Counted from the first letter of the stretch, positions 1 to 9,991 are shown. The stretch: DNA of 64,000 bases from an uncultured Trueperaceae bacterium (GCA_963799485.1 CAWCXJ010000001.1:212573-276572); one strand, 5' to 3'. Notes: generated from the letters alone by a model not told the origin. A program made the numbers and translations.

Positions 1-198
1 GTGCGTGAAGACGACTGCGTGGGGTGTAACCTCTGCTCGCTGGTGTGTCCGGTAGACGGCTGCATTTCGATGATTGAGATGCCTTCGGGTAGAGATTCCG
101 TGACCTGGGGCGAGATCACGGCGGAGCAGCCGGAAGTGACCAGTCAGTGGGACGAGATGGAACGTTACCGGGCGGCAAAAGGTATCGAAATTCACTAG
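1..198 (+). CDS. preA: C-terminal end of dihydropyrimidine dehydrogenase subunit PreA (4Fe-4S), partial at the window edge
   Basis: Ferredoxin motif CVGCNLCSLVCP; lies upstream of the dihydropyrimidinase, as in preTA-hydA operons. Confidence 0.8.
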   Translation: MREDDCVGCNLCSLVCPVDGCISMIEMPSGRDSVTWGEITAEQPEVTSQWDEMERYRAAKGIEIH

Positions 199-234
199 CC
201 TCGAGCAAAGATTTTCTGAGAGTATGATTCTGCC

Positions 235-501
235 ATGACCAAAACGCTCCTCAAAACCGCCCCCGACGGCAGCGTCACCATCCCCAAGGAGCTTTTGGGC
301 GACGCCCCACCCGGTACGGCATTTCGCTTAGAGCGTGAGGGAAAGGTGCTGCGGCTCGAGCCCGCCCCCCGTAAACTCCACGAGATTAAAGACCCGGAGG
401 AGCGCGCAAGAGCCGTCGATGACTTCATGAACCGTATCGCTCACAAAACCGGTGTGGACTGGCCCGAAAATTATAACTTCAGAGATGATATCTACGACTA
501 G
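235..501 (+). CDS. AbrB/MazE-like antitoxin (VapB type)
   Basis: 88 aa; N-terminal GSVTIPKE swapped-hairpin pattern; stop overlaps the start of the PIN gene. Confidence 0.65.
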   Translation: MTKTLLKTAPDGSVTIPKELLGDAPPGTAFRLEREGKVLRLEPAPRKLHEIKDPEERARAVDDFMNRIAHKTGVDWPENYNFRDDIYD

Positions 502-941
502 TGCGTTATCTCCTCGATACGAATATCGTGCTGAGAACCGTTAATCCAGACAATGGGCTCTATCCGATGGTGTCTCGAGCCGTCCAGAATCTCTCTATTC
601 AAGGCCACGAACTTGTTATCGTGCCCCAAGTTATCTATGAGTTTTGGTCGGTAGCAAGTAGGCCCGCGACCGTCAATGGTTTCGGTTGGCCATTAACAAC
701 TGTCCGCACGGTCATCAATGACTTAATGCAGGAATGGACACTTTTAGATGATACCCCGGAAGTTTTTGACCTTTGGCTCGAGCTTGTCACCACCCACCAG
801 GTTTCAGGTAAACAGATTCACGACGCCCGGTTAGCTGCGTCGCTAAAAGCGCACGACGTTGAAGCTCTGCTGACCCTTAACGGCGACGACTTCAGTCGCT
901 TCGACGTCCGCGTCGTCCATCCCCAAGAAGTGGCAGAATAA
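501..941 (+). CDS. vapC: PIN-domain toxin (VapC family)
   Basis: YLLDTN, E-F-W, IHDARLAA and LLTLNGDDF motifs of PIN ribonucleases. Confidence 0.9.
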   Translation: MRYLLDTNIVLRTVNPDNGLYPMVSRAVQNLSIQGHELVIVPQVIYEFWSVASRPATVNGFGWPLTTVRTVINDLMQEWTLLDDTPEVFDLWLELVTTHQVSGKQIHDARLAASLKAHDVEALLTLNGDDFSRFDVRVVHPQEVAE

Positions 942-968
942 ACGAGCAACAGCAGCAAGGAGGATTGT

Positions 969-2348
969 ATGGCGCTACTTATCCAAAACGGCGAAATCAT
1001 CACCGCCGACAAGCGTACCAAAGCCGACATCTACATCGAAGACGAAACGATCACTGAAATCGGTGAAAACTTAGAGGTTCCCGAAGGCACCGAGGTCATA
1101 GACGCTTCAGGAAAATATGTATTCCCCGGTTTTATCGACCCGCACGTGCATATCTATCTGCCGTTTATGGGCACCTATAGCAAAGACACGCACGCTAGCG
1201 GCTCGCAGGCGGCGCTTTTTGGCGGCACCACGACCTTTATCGAGATGTGCGCCCCGGCAGGGAGTGAAGATACGCTCGCGGGTTACCAGCACTGGAAATC
1301 TCTGGCGGAGGGCAACGCCGCGTGTGACTACGCCTTTCACATGGGCGTCACCCGCTTCGATGAGCAAACCGAAATGCAGCTCCGCGAGATTGTCGCGGAC
1401 GGTACGGCGTCGTTCAAGGTCTTTTTGGCCTATAAAGGTGCTTTTAGCTTGGGCGATGAGGAGCTTTACAAAACGTTGACGCTCGCTAAAGAACTCGGCG
1501 TCATCACCACGGCGCACACCGAAAACGCCGAGCTGGTCGCGCAGCTGCAGCAAAAACTTTTGCGTGAGGGCAAAACCGGCCCCGAATGGCACGAACCGAG
1601 CCGCCCGGAATACGTCGAGGCGGACGGCGTGCATCACTTTACGACGTTTCTAGAAGCAACCGGCGCAAGGGGGTATATCGTTCACCTGTCGTGTGAACCG
1701 GCTTTGGACGCAGCTTTGGAAGCGAAGGCAAGGGGCGTCAACGTCTCCATCGAAGCGGTTATTCCCCACCTGTTACTTGACAAAACCTACGCTGAACGCC
1801 CCGACTTCGAGGGCGCAAAACACGTCATGAGCCCGCCCTTACGTGACAAACGCAATCAGGCCGTACTCTGGGAGGCGTTAGAACGCGGCGACATCAGCAC
1901 CGTCGGTACCGACCACGCGCCGTTTGATACGACTCAGAAGGCGATGGGCAAGGGCGACTTTACAAGGATTCCCAACGGCATCCCGGCGATTGAAGACCGG
2001 GTGAACCTGCTCTATACCTACGGGGTCTCGAGGGGCGGCCTAAACATCCACCGGTTTGTAGACGCCGCCAGCACGCAAGCTGCCAAGCTGTTCGGCCTCT
2101 ATCCCCGTAAAGGCACTGTAGAAGTCGGCAGTGACGCCGATTTGGTGATTTACGACCCCGAGTATCGCGGCACATTATCCGTTAAAACGCAGCATATGAA
2201 CGTCGACTACAGCGGCTTTGAAGGCGTTGAAATAGACGGCAAACCCGAAGTCGTGACGGTGCGGGGCGTGGTTCAGGTTAGAGACGGGCAGTTCGTCGGG
2301 GACAAGGCGAGAGGCAAGTTTTTACGGCGTGAGACGCTAGGCGGTTAG
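969..2348 (+). CDS. hydA: Dihydropyrimidinase (D-hydantoinase)
   Basis: PGFIDPHVH metal motif, SFKVFLAYKG carbamylated Lys, SPPLR and GTDHAPF motifs; AGGAGG RBS. Confidence 0.93.
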   Translation: MALLIQNGEIITADKRTKADIYIEDETITEIGENLEVPEGTEVIDASGKYVFPGFIDPHVHIYLPFMGTYSKDTHASGSQAALFGGTTTFIEMCAPAGSEDTLAGYQHWKSLAEGNAACDYAFHMGVTRFDEQTEMQLREIVADGTASFKVFLAYKGAFSLGDEELYKTLTLAKELGVITTAHTENAELVAQLQQKLLREGKTGPEWHEPSRPEYVEADGVHHFTTFLEATGARGYIVHLSCEPALDAALEAKARGVNVSIEAVIPHLLLDKTYAERPDFEGAKHVMSPPLRDKRNQAVLWEALERGDISTVGTDHAPFDTTQKAMGKGDFTRIPNGIPAIEDRVNLLYTYGVSRGGLNIHRFVDAASTQAAKLFGLYPRKGTVEVGSDADLVIYDPEYRGTLSVKTQHMNVDYSGFEGVEIDGKPEVVTVRGVVQVRDGQFVGDKARGKFLRRETLGG

Positions 2349-2349
2349 C

Positions 2350-3162
2350 TTGACGGTGCAAACGCAGTCGCAAAGCCAGAGCCGGCGCTCAGAAAGTTCT
2401 CCGGTTATCTCAATCCGTGACTTGTCGATGGTCTATAAAGCCAGGGCAGGGGAGACAGTAGCGCTGCAAAACGCTAATTTGACGGTTCAGGGGGGCGAAT
2501 TTATCAGCCTCATCGGGCCTTCGGGGTGCGGCAAAACGACGCTTTTACGGCTGATTGCCGACCTCATCGAACCGACCTCCGGTGAACTGCGCGTTGCGGG
2601 CAAAACGCCCCGGGAGGCGAGGGGGGCGCGCGAGTACGGTTACGTCTTTCAGGCTCCGGTGTTATACGAGTGGCGCACCGTGATTAAAAACGTGATGTTG
2701 CCTCTAGAGATCATGCGGTTTCCCAAAGCCGAGCAGCGGGAGCGGGCTTCACGTTTACTCAAACTCGTCGGTCTGCAAGATTTTCACAACCAATACCCGT
2801 TTCAACTCTCCGGCGGGATGCAGCAGCGCGTTTCGATTGCCAGAGCTCTGGCCTTCGACCCCAAGCTGCTCTTGATGGACGAACCTTTTGGTGCGCTCGA
2901 TGAAATCACCCGCGAGAGCATGAACGACGAGCTCCTGCGTATCTGGCAAGAGACGCATAAAACGGTGGTATTTGTGACCCACTCAATCCCTGAAGCAGTT
3001 TTTTTATCGTCGCGTATCGTGGTGATGACGCCGCGTCCCGGCAAGATTGAACGCGTTATCGAGGTGGATTTGCCCTATCCGAGAGACGAAAGCGTGCGCG
3101 AGTCGCGGCGCTTTTTCGAGCTGACGACCGAGGTGCGCGAAGCGCTTAAAGGAATGCACTAG
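2350..3162 (+). CDS. NitT/TauT-family ABC transporter ATP-binding protein
   Basis: Walker A GPSGCGKT, signature LSGGMQQR, Walker B LLMDEPFGALD. Confidence 0.95.
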   Translation: MTVQTQSQSQSRRSESSPVISIRDLSMVYKARAGETVALQNANLTVQGGEFISLIGPSGCGKTTLLRLIADLIEPTSGELRVAGKTPREARGAREYGYVFQAPVLYEWRTVIKNVMLPLEIMRFPKAEQRERASRLLKLVGLQDFHNQYPFQLSGGMQQRVSIARALAFDPKLLLMDEPFGALDEITRESMNDELLRIWQETHKTVVFVTHSIPEAVFLSSRIVVMTPRPGKIERVIEVDLPYPRDESVRESRRFFELTTEVREALKGMH

Positions 3163-3163
3163 G

Positions 3164-5005
3164 GTGCGAAAGAGGGTTTCTGCCTTTTTCCCTGTTTTGT
3201 TAGTCCTTATCGGCCTAATTTTGCTCGGCTATCCACTGGCGCTGCTATTTGGTTTACCTTTGGCTCTAAGAGACATGCGCGATTTGCGAAAGTGGGACAA
3301 AGCGACGGTGACGGCGAGACCGCCACAGCAACTCGAGGGTAGAACGACCTTAACTTTTACCAACGCGGCAGAAAAAGGTGTCCTTGTTCGGGACGGCGCG
3401 CCGCTGCGGATGCTCTATGCTCAGTCGGGTGCAGACGTAACGCTGGACGCAGAACCTACCGCGCCGCTCGTAACCTGGGGTGAAACGTTGACCCCGGTAT
3501 CGGCGACGCTTTACCGGTACCCCGGCGAGTTACCCGACCCTTTGATGCTCTATGTCGGCAATAAGCTCTTGGTAGAGGGCGCGACCCCGGCTGCCGAAAC
3601 GCCCGATGATGTGCGCACGACGTTTACCTTCGGCGACGCGTCCGGCCCTGTGTTGCTGGACGACGAAGTTTTGGCTGAAGGTCAATACACCGTTCAGGGC
3701 GACGCGCTGACTTTTACCAAAGCGCCAAGTTTTGGGAGCGTTTTACGGCGCGTTACGGATGATTACGCGGTTTTAGACGAGGGTAAAAGCACCGTCGTTT
3801 TTACGGCACCGCCGCAGGGAGCGGTGCGCGCCGTAAAGAGTGTCGTCCGGCTTGCCGAGCGCCTTTCGGGAGACGCAGACGGGACGAACCGCACGTTTAC
3901 CTTTGCCCAAACACCCGTCGCCGAGACCGAACCCTACGACGTTTATGTGGACGGTACGCTTTTGTCAAGCGACGATGAGCGCCCGAACGAGCGGGTAGAC
4001 GGTGAGCAGAAAACGTTTACCTTTGAAAGTAGCGAAGGAATCGTTACGGTAGACGGTGCGCCGCAAACCGAGGGCGAAGCCTATACGCGGGACGGTTTTA
4101 CGGTGACGTTTGCCCAAGCGCCCGCCCGTAACGCGCAGCTCCGGCAGTATCCGGGTGCGTTTTTGAGCAATTTTGAAACAGGTGAAGTGCTGCTGGCCCG
4201 GACGCCTCCGGTGGGTGCAACGGTCTGGACGGACGCTTACACGATCTACGCGCAACCGGGCTGCGGGGCAAACGTCATAGCGTGTTTTCTGGCCCTGCCG
4301 CAACATCCGGTGCCCTTTCCGCACTGGATTGCTGCGCGCGTCGTCCCGTTTTTCGATAAGTTTCCGCTCGCTGATGAGCGCAACATCGTTCGGGCGGTGC
4401 TCTATACGGCTGCCGGAACGCTTTCGGCGCTGGCGCTCGGGGCGGCGGTCGGAACGCTGCTGGCGGTGCTGTTTGTGCTGGTGAGGCCCGTGGAGCGCGC
4501 CCTCTTGCCGTGGCTCGTCGCGTCGCAAACGGTGCCGATTATCGCGCTCGTACCGGTGTTGCTGCTGATTTTGGGTAACGCGGGTATCACCATTCAAACA
4601 TCGCTATTACCGACGGCGCTCATCGGCGCGTATATTGCGTTTTTTCCAGTCGTTGTCGGTACCGTAAAAGGTTTGCGCTCGGTTGACCCGCTGTCACTCG
4701 ATTTGATGAAATCCTACGCGGCGACGCCCGTGCAGCTTTTTCTAAAGGTGCGGTTTCCGGCGGCGGTGCCGTTTTTGTTTACCTCGCTCAAACTGGCGGC
4801 GGCGGCGGCGCTCGTCGGGGCGCTCGTCGCTGAAACCGAATCGAACAACCGGCGTGGTTTAGGCTTTCAGATTTTGGGTCAGGTGCAGTCCGGCAACGTG
4901 GCGGACGTGTGGATTTTGCTGCTGATTTCGGCGCTCTTGGGGATTGGGCTCGTCGGGCTCGTCGGTTTGTTGCAACGCTTTATCGCACCGTGGGAGCGTT
5001 CGTGA
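3164..5005 (+). CDS. NitT/TauT-family ABC permease with a ~350-aa extracytoplasmic beta-repeat insertion
   Basis: N-terminal TM helix; long soluble region with DGxxxTFTF / VxVDG / TFxxAP repeats; C-terminal BPD_transp_1 region (SQTVPIIAL, EAA-like loop). Confidence 0.85.
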   Translation: MRKRVSAFFPVLLVLIGLILLGYPLALLFGLPLALRDMRDLRKWDKATVTARPPQQLEGRTTLTFTNAAEKGVLVRDGAPLRMLYAQSGADVTLDAEPTAPLVTWGETLTPVSATLYRYPGELPDPLMLYVGNKLLVEGATPAAETPDDVRTTFTFGDASGPVLLDDEVLAEGQYTVQGDALTFTKAPSFGSVLRRVTDDYAVLDEGKSTVVFTAPPQGAVRAVKSVVRLAERLSGDADGTNRTFTFAQTPVAETEPYDVYVDGTLLSSDDERPNERVDGEQKTFTFESSEGIVTVDGAPQTEGEAYTRDGFTVTFAQAPARNAQLRQYPGAFLSNFETGEVLLARTPPVGATVWTDAYTIYAQPGCGANVIACFLALPQHPVPFPHWIAARVVPFFDKFPLADERNIVRAVLYTAAGTLSALALGAAVGTLLAVLFVLVRPVERALLPWLVASQTVPIIALVPVLLLILGNAGITIQTSLLPTALIGAYIAFFPVVVGTVKGLRSVDPLSLDLMKSYAATPVQLFLKVRFPAAVPFLFTSLKLAAAAALVGALVAETESNNRRGLGFQILGQVQSGNVADVWILLLISALLGIGLVGLVGLLQRFIAPWERS

Positions 5006-5916
5006 GGGCGCTCGCGGCTACCACCGTCACGCTGCTGGGTTTTGCCGGAGCGTTCTGGACGGTTACGGGCGACGTTACGCCAACGTACTGGCTTCGGTTC
5101 TGGGGCTTTTTGCTGCTCGCGTGTGCCGCGGCGGGGCAGGGGGGGCGTTCACGTTTGGGACAGCTCTTGCTCCCGGCAGCGGTGCCGTTCGTCTTACTGC
5201 TTTTGTGGCAAGGTCTGGTCGTCGGTTTCGGCGTCCCCAAAGGCATTTTTCCAAGTGTGACCGACGTCTGGTCGTCGCTTTCGGCAACATTTCCGGTGCT
5301 TGTCAGAGACGCTTATGTGACGTTCGTCAAAGAGATTTTGCTCGGATTTGCGATTGGGTTTACGGCGGGTGTCTTGGCGGGCATCGGGGTTGCCGGAAGT
5401 GTTTTTTTGCAACGCGGGTTTCTGCCGCTGGCGGCGGCGTTCGGGGCGGTGCCGATTGTCGGGCTGGCTCCGGTCTTGGGCCGCGCGTTCGGCGTCGGGT
5501 GGGAGTCGAAGGCGGCGGTGGTCGTCATCGTCACGTTTTTTCCGGTGTTGCTCAACACGGTGCAGGGGCTGTTGTCGGTTGATGTACTCAAGCTCGAGCT
5601 CCTCCGCGCCTACGCCGCCAAACCGTGGGAAGTCTTTGTCAAGTTGCGTTTACCCAACGCTGCGCCGTATCTGTTCAACGCACTTCGGCTCGCGGTTGTC
5701 TTGTCGATTGTCAGCGTGATCGTCGCCGAGTTTTTGATTCCGGGGCCGCCCGAGGGCTTGGGTCAGCGCATCTCGCTCTCGGCGCGGCGGGGGGCGTATG
5801 ATGTGGTGTTCGCCGCCATTTTCGTCTCGAGCCTCGTCTCTATCGTTCTCTACAACGTCGTCGCCTGGGCAGAGCGGCGCACGACCCGCTGGCACGCGTC
5901 GTTTAGGGAAGACTGA
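5002..5916 (+). CDS. NitT/TauT-family ABC permease
   Basis: GTG overlaps the upstream TGA; multi-TM; VPIVGLAP, FFPVLLNT and KLRLPNAAP motifs. Confidence 0.88.
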   Translation: MRALAATTVTLLGFAGAFWTVTGDVTPTYWLRFWGFLLLACAAAGQGGRSRLGQLLLPAAVPFVLLLLWQGLVVGFGVPKGIFPSVTDVWSSLSATFPVLVRDAYVTFVKEILLGFAIGFTAGVLAGIGVAGSVFLQRGFLPLAAAFGAVPIVGLAPVLGRAFGVGWESKAAVVVIVTFFPVLLNTVQGLLSVDVLKLELLRAYAAKPWEVFVKLRLPNAAPYLFNALRLAVVLSIVSVIVAEFLIPGPPEGLGQRISLSARRGAYDVVFAAIFVSSLVSIVLYNVVAWAERRTTRWHASFRED

Positions 5917-6088
5917 AGTCGCCTCTAATACTATGTTTTACGTGGGGTAGCGCGAGCGCCTCCCCCTGCCTGACACCTCTCAGTTTCAGCCGTAAAAACA
6001 AGCCTGACAAACCTCGCTCGTTGCAACATGTACACTCCGCCCGATACACTGTAATGACGTTTACAGAACGTTCATCCAAGGAGGCAAT

Positions 6089-7135
6089 ATGAAGCGAATT
6101 TTAGTCGGTTTGGGAATACTGCTCCTTTCGGGTTTAGTGTCGGCCCAAGACCTCATCGACGTGACCTTCCAGTCCAAGTGGTTTCCCCAAGCGCAGTTCG
6201 CGGGCTACTTTGTGGCGCAGGCCAAAGGCTTTTACGAAGAAGAAGGGCTGAACGTCACGGTGTTAGACGGCGGTAACGTCAACCCGACCGTACAGGTCGC
6301 TTCGGGCAACGCCGACTTCGGCACCGACTGGATCGCCAACATGCTGGTGCAACGTGAACAGGGCCTAAACGTCGTGCAGATCGCGCAGATTTACCAGGCT
6401 TCGGGCTACCGGATGGTCGCTCTCAACGATTCGGGTATCGAAAGTTTTGCCGACCTTGCGGGCCGCACCGTCGGTGTTTGGGGTTTTGGCAACGAGTTCG
6501 TCGCCCAGGCGGTTTTCGCGGCTGAAGACATCACCTCCGACCTCGACCCGACCGTCACCGACCCGGACGTAAACGCCGTCGTCTACGCGTTCGACCCGTC
6601 TTTGGTGTTTCCCAACGAGGTTGACGTCGCCTCGGCGATGACCTACAACGAACTCGATCAGATCGTCGGGCTCGGCTATGGGCTGGACACGCTGACCCTG
6701 CTCGACCCCGCCGACATCGACGCGGCTTTGCTCGAGGATTTGATCTTCACCACCCCCGAACTCTTACAAAATCCCGACTTTAAGGGCTCCGGCGTTTCGG
6801 GCCGTGAGGTTGCCGAGCGCTTTTTACGCGCGACGATCAAGGGCTGGGAATACGCGGTTGCCAATCAAGAAGAGGCGGTCAGCATTGTTTTAGAGTCGTG
6901 CGGTGACACCTGTGCCGGGTCGGGCAGCACGCAGAGCCCGCAGATTCACCAGACCTGGCAGATGGCCCGCGTCGCCGAACTCGTCGCGCCGGAAGACGAC
7001 ACCCGCGTAGGTGCGCTGAACGAAGAGGCGTTCAACCGCTCCGTTGAACTGCTGAACCAAGTCGGCCTGCTCTCCGAGCCGGTTGCGTATAGTGACGTAG
7101 TAGACGAAAGTGTATACGACGCTGTAGCACAGTAG
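6089..7135 (+). CDS. ABC substrate-binding protein (NMT1/THI5-like), likely binds a pyrimidine or nucleoside
   Basis: Signal peptide; KWFPQAQFAGYFVAQAKGFYEEEGL motif; AAGGAGG RBS; operon context. Confidence 0.9.
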   Translation: MKRILVGLGILLLSGLVSAQDLIDVTFQSKWFPQAQFAGYFVAQAKGFYEEEGLNVTVLDGGNVNPTVQVASGNADFGTDWIANMLVQREQGLNVVQIAQIYQASGYRMVALNDSGIESFADLAGRTVGVWGFGNEFVAQAVFAAEDITSDLDPTVTDPDVNAVVYAFDPSLVFPNEVDVASAMTYNELDQIVGLGYGLDTLTLLDPADIDAALLEDLIFTTPELLQNPDFKGSGVSGREVAERFLRATIKGWEYAVANQEEAVSIVLESCGDTCAGSGSTQSPQIHQTWQMARVAELVAPEDDTRVGALNEEAFNRSVELLNQVGLLSEPVAYSDVVDESVYDAVAQ

Positions 7136-7219
7136 CAGTGGCTATGGCTGCGCTTGCTGCAGGGCTCGAGGAAGTCGAACAACTTTTGTGTGGGACTTGT
7201 TTCGGCGCACCGCAAACAC

Positions 7220-7269
7220 AAAAAACACCCCGCACCGCCGTAAGGGTGATGCGGGGTGTACGCTTTTTT
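7220..7269. terminator. Intrinsic, probably bidirectional, terminator
   Basis: Stem ACACCCCGCA/TGCGGGGTGT with an A-run before and a T-run after. Confidence 0.75.
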
Positions 7270-7304
7270 ACCGTACTTTCCGGCACCGAACGCTACCGAA
7301 CGCT

Positions 7305-7605
7305 TTAGCTGCGTTCGGACACAAAGCTCAGTTTGAACAGCGGTTCATTGTAAGGCTCATCTTTGTAACGCAAAATAAGTGCAATCATCAGCGCGACCGC
7401 ATAGTGAAATTGGGGCAACCCGAGACAAAAAGCCGTGATAAGTAGGGCGAGGATGACGAAAAACCAGACGGTATTGTGACGCATCAGCTCCCCAGTACAG
7501 GCCGAAGCCCCAGATAAGATAAGCTGAGTTTAGCACGATGTGAAAAATCTCATAGCACTTTGGGTCTAGTCCTTCTGGCGAATTCGGCGGACGTACCAGT
7601 ATCAC
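7305..7605 (-). pseudogene. Small membrane protein split by a 1-nt frameshift at ~7490 (or a 59-aa ORF at 7305-7484)
   Basis: Hydrophobic frame IFHIVLNSAYLIWGFGLYW continues in another frame as ELMRHNTVWFFVILALLITAFCLGL...; the break lies in a G4 run. Confidence 0.45.
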
Positions 7606-7806
7606 AGCCGCCGTCTGTAGGAGCAGATTGAGTCATGACTTTCGCCAGCGGAAGGCTTGCTATCCTCAAAATGTGATCGGCAGAATTCGACCAGCTTAGG
7701 AGCCTCGGTAACAAGACGGCACCTTGCAAACTGACCGACACACTACAGGCACCCAAACGGCAAACTGACCCGATGTACAGGGGCAGTCCTTGCGTCTGTC
7801 ACGTAG

Positions 7807-7883
7807 TGGTGGGCCCTGTTGGACTTGAACCAACGACCAATCGATTATGAGTCGACTGCTCTAACCAACTGAGCTAAGGGCCC
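7807..7883 (-). tRNA. tRNA-Ile2 (CAT anticodon, lysidine type)
   Basis: GGGCCCTTAGCTCAGTTGGTTAGAGCAGTCGACT-CAT-AATCGATTGGTCGTTGGTTCAAGTCCAACAGGGCCCA-CCA; forms a cloverleaf and closely resembles ileX-type tRNAs rather than tRNA-Met or fMet. Confidence 0.92.
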
Positions 7884-7940
7884 CAAGACCTTACACGACT
7901 TTATCATGGGCCTCGAGGGTGCGCCAAGTAAACTGGAGGT

Positions 7941-9725
7941 GTGCATCGTGCTGTGCGCTTTTTCCTGCTTTTTCTGCTCGTCCTGAGTACCGGGTATCTT
8001 GCGTGGCTACTCTTTTACCCACGCCCACTGCCGCTGCCTTTGGTCACCGTCGGCTTCGAAAACCCCTATCAAAAACCTTTGCTTGCCGACTACGAACGCC
8101 TTTTTAAGGCGGAGTTGCGCGGAGATACCGGCACGCTCGAGCAGTTTGTCAAAGCCGCCCCGAACAGCTATTTGCGCTACCGCACCCTCTTAAACCTCGC
8201 GCGTACCCCGCAGCTTCCGGCCAAGGTGCGGCTCGCATATCTGGAGCAGGTGCTGGCGTTTGACCTCATCTCACCGCTTGCTCGCGACGACGTAAAAAGG
8301 GCGCAGCTTGCGCTGGGCCGGCTCGCCGAAGAAGCCGGAGCTACCGCCCGCGCCGCTACCGCTTACGGGGAGGCGCTCCCGCAAGAGGCTGCGTTTCGGG
8401 GACTCCTGCGGCTGAACCTCGAGCCCCGCACGCTGGCCCGGATTTTTCTGGACGCCCGCGACCCCGAACGGGCGCTCACAGCGCTCAAGGGTATTGCGGC
8501 ACCGGAACTGCGCGCACCCGCCCTCGCCGCCGTAGGCGACCCTGCGCGGGCGCTCAAGGTGTATAACCGCCTACTCACGCAGCAACCAAACGACGTGGCG
8601 GCGCGCCGGGGAAAGTTCGGCGTGCTTTTGTCGCTGGGGCGCTTTCGTCAAGCGGAGGCGGTCTTGAAAACGTTGCCCGGTTCACTCGCGGCCCAAGTTC
8701 AGCTCGCCGAAGCCGAGGACGATCCCGACGCGCGCCTCGCGGCGTATCTGGAACTCGGCGACGCCCGCAGCTTGTGGCTGGCAGCGGGGATTATCGAGGC
8801 GCAGGGCGACGCCGCGGCTGCCTTGCCGCTTTACTTAGAGCTTGCTCGAGACGCCCCGAGTGACGCCAACGACTACCGCGACGACGCGGCCTTTCGCGCT
8901 TACACCCTCGCCACCCGCGCCGGTGATGCGGAGACTGCTGGCGCGGCGGACGCCCTTATTCCGGCGGACAGCTTTTTCAGCCTGCTCCGGGGACGGTCGC
9001 TGCCCGCTTTTAACCAACCCCTACGGCGCGTGACGCCGCCTGTGCTCGAGCTGTCCCGAGTCCTCCGCCAAGCCGGGGATACCGAAGCGGCTTTGGGCGA
9101 ACTGCTCGTTGCGCTCTCCCGAAGCCGTGACGAAGCCACTACTGTGGCTCTAGCCGAAGCGTTACAGGAGCTGGGTGAATTCGGCTCGAGTTCACTTGCG
9201 GCGAGCACCTATGTTCAGCGTGGCAGCCGCGCCCGCCGTACCTACCGGGCCGCGTATCCCCAGGCTTACAAACCGACCGTCCGGGCTCAGGCGCGTGCTT
9301 ACGGTCTGCCCCCGGCGCTCCTCTGGGCGGTGATGCGCCAAGAATCGCATTTTTACCCCCGCGCCGTGTCCCGCTCCGGCGCGCAAGGCTTGCTGCAACT
9401 CGTACCGAGCACCTGGGATTACGTCGCCGAGCTGCTGGGTGAACCGCCCGCCGACCCTTTTAACCCCGCCGCCAACGTCCGTTACGGCGCATTTTATTTG
9501 TCAAGATTGTTGGGGCAGTTTGACGGCAAGCTGCCCGAAAGTATCGCCGCGTATAACGGTGGCCCCGGTTATATCAGCAGGTTGCTGGACGAACCGGCGC
9601 TGACGGTTACAACCGACCCTTACCCCGACTTTCTCCGCGCCATCACCCGCGACGAAACCCGCGAATACGTCGCCCGGGTGATGATGAACTATGCGGTTTA
9701 CGGCGAGCTTTACGGGCTGAAGTAG
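7941..9725 (+). CDS. Membrane-anchored Slt-like lytic transglycosylase with TPR-like helical repeats
   Basis: AVMRQESHF catalytic Glu, GAQGLLQL, AAYNGGPG and ETREYV motifs; N-terminal TM. Confidence 0.9.
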   Translation: MHRAVRFFLLFLLVLSTGYLAWLLFYPRPLPLPLVTVGFENPYQKPLLADYERLFKAELRGDTGTLEQFVKAAPNSYLRYRTLLNLARTPQLPAKVRLAYLEQVLAFDLISPLARDDVKRAQLALGRLAEEAGATARAATAYGEALPQEAAFRGLLRLNLEPRTLARIFLDARDPERALTALKGIAAPELRAPALAAVGDPARALKVYNRLLTQQPNDVAARRGKFGVLLSLGRFRQAEAVLKTLPGSLAAQVQLAEAEDDPDARLAAYLELGDARSLWLAAGIIEAQGDAAAALPLYLELARDAPSDANDYRDDAAFRAYTLATRAGDAETAGAADALIPADSFFSLLRGRSLPAFNQPLRRVTPPVLELSRVLRQAGDTEAALGELLVALSRSRDEATTVALAEALQELGEFGSSSLAASTYVQRGSRARRTYRAAYPQAYKPTVRAQARAYGLPPALLWAVMRQESHFYPRAVSRSGAQGLLQLVPSTWDYVAELLGEPPADPFNPAANVRYGAFYLSRLLGQFDGKLPESIAAYNGGPGYISRLLDEPALTVTTDPYPDFLRAITRDETREYVARVMMNYAVYGELYGLK

Positions 9726-9991
9726 CCAAAGAGGAGGTACGGGTTCTACCTTTGTCTACTTTGACTGTTAGAAAACTCGGCTTATCGACGTTACGGTAAA
9801 CTCGCTCAGCGTGCGTTAGACCCAAGTTGTGGGCAAACTTTTGACCTATACCTAACCTAAAGGGGGAGAACTGCACCAGGGCAAAGCAGCACTTGAGAAC
9901 ACGTCATCCGTAAAAACATCTAGAACGCAACAAAGCTCGCGCAAACGGTGTTTTGTGCCTCGAGCCCACACCTCGCTCAAAGGGAGTAAAG

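Noticed and set aside
7807..7883. tRNA-Met or initiator tRNA
   Set aside because: The CAT anticodon is present, but the paired G1-C72, the lack of three consecutive G-C pairs in the anticodon stem and the overall ileX-like sequence favour Ile2.
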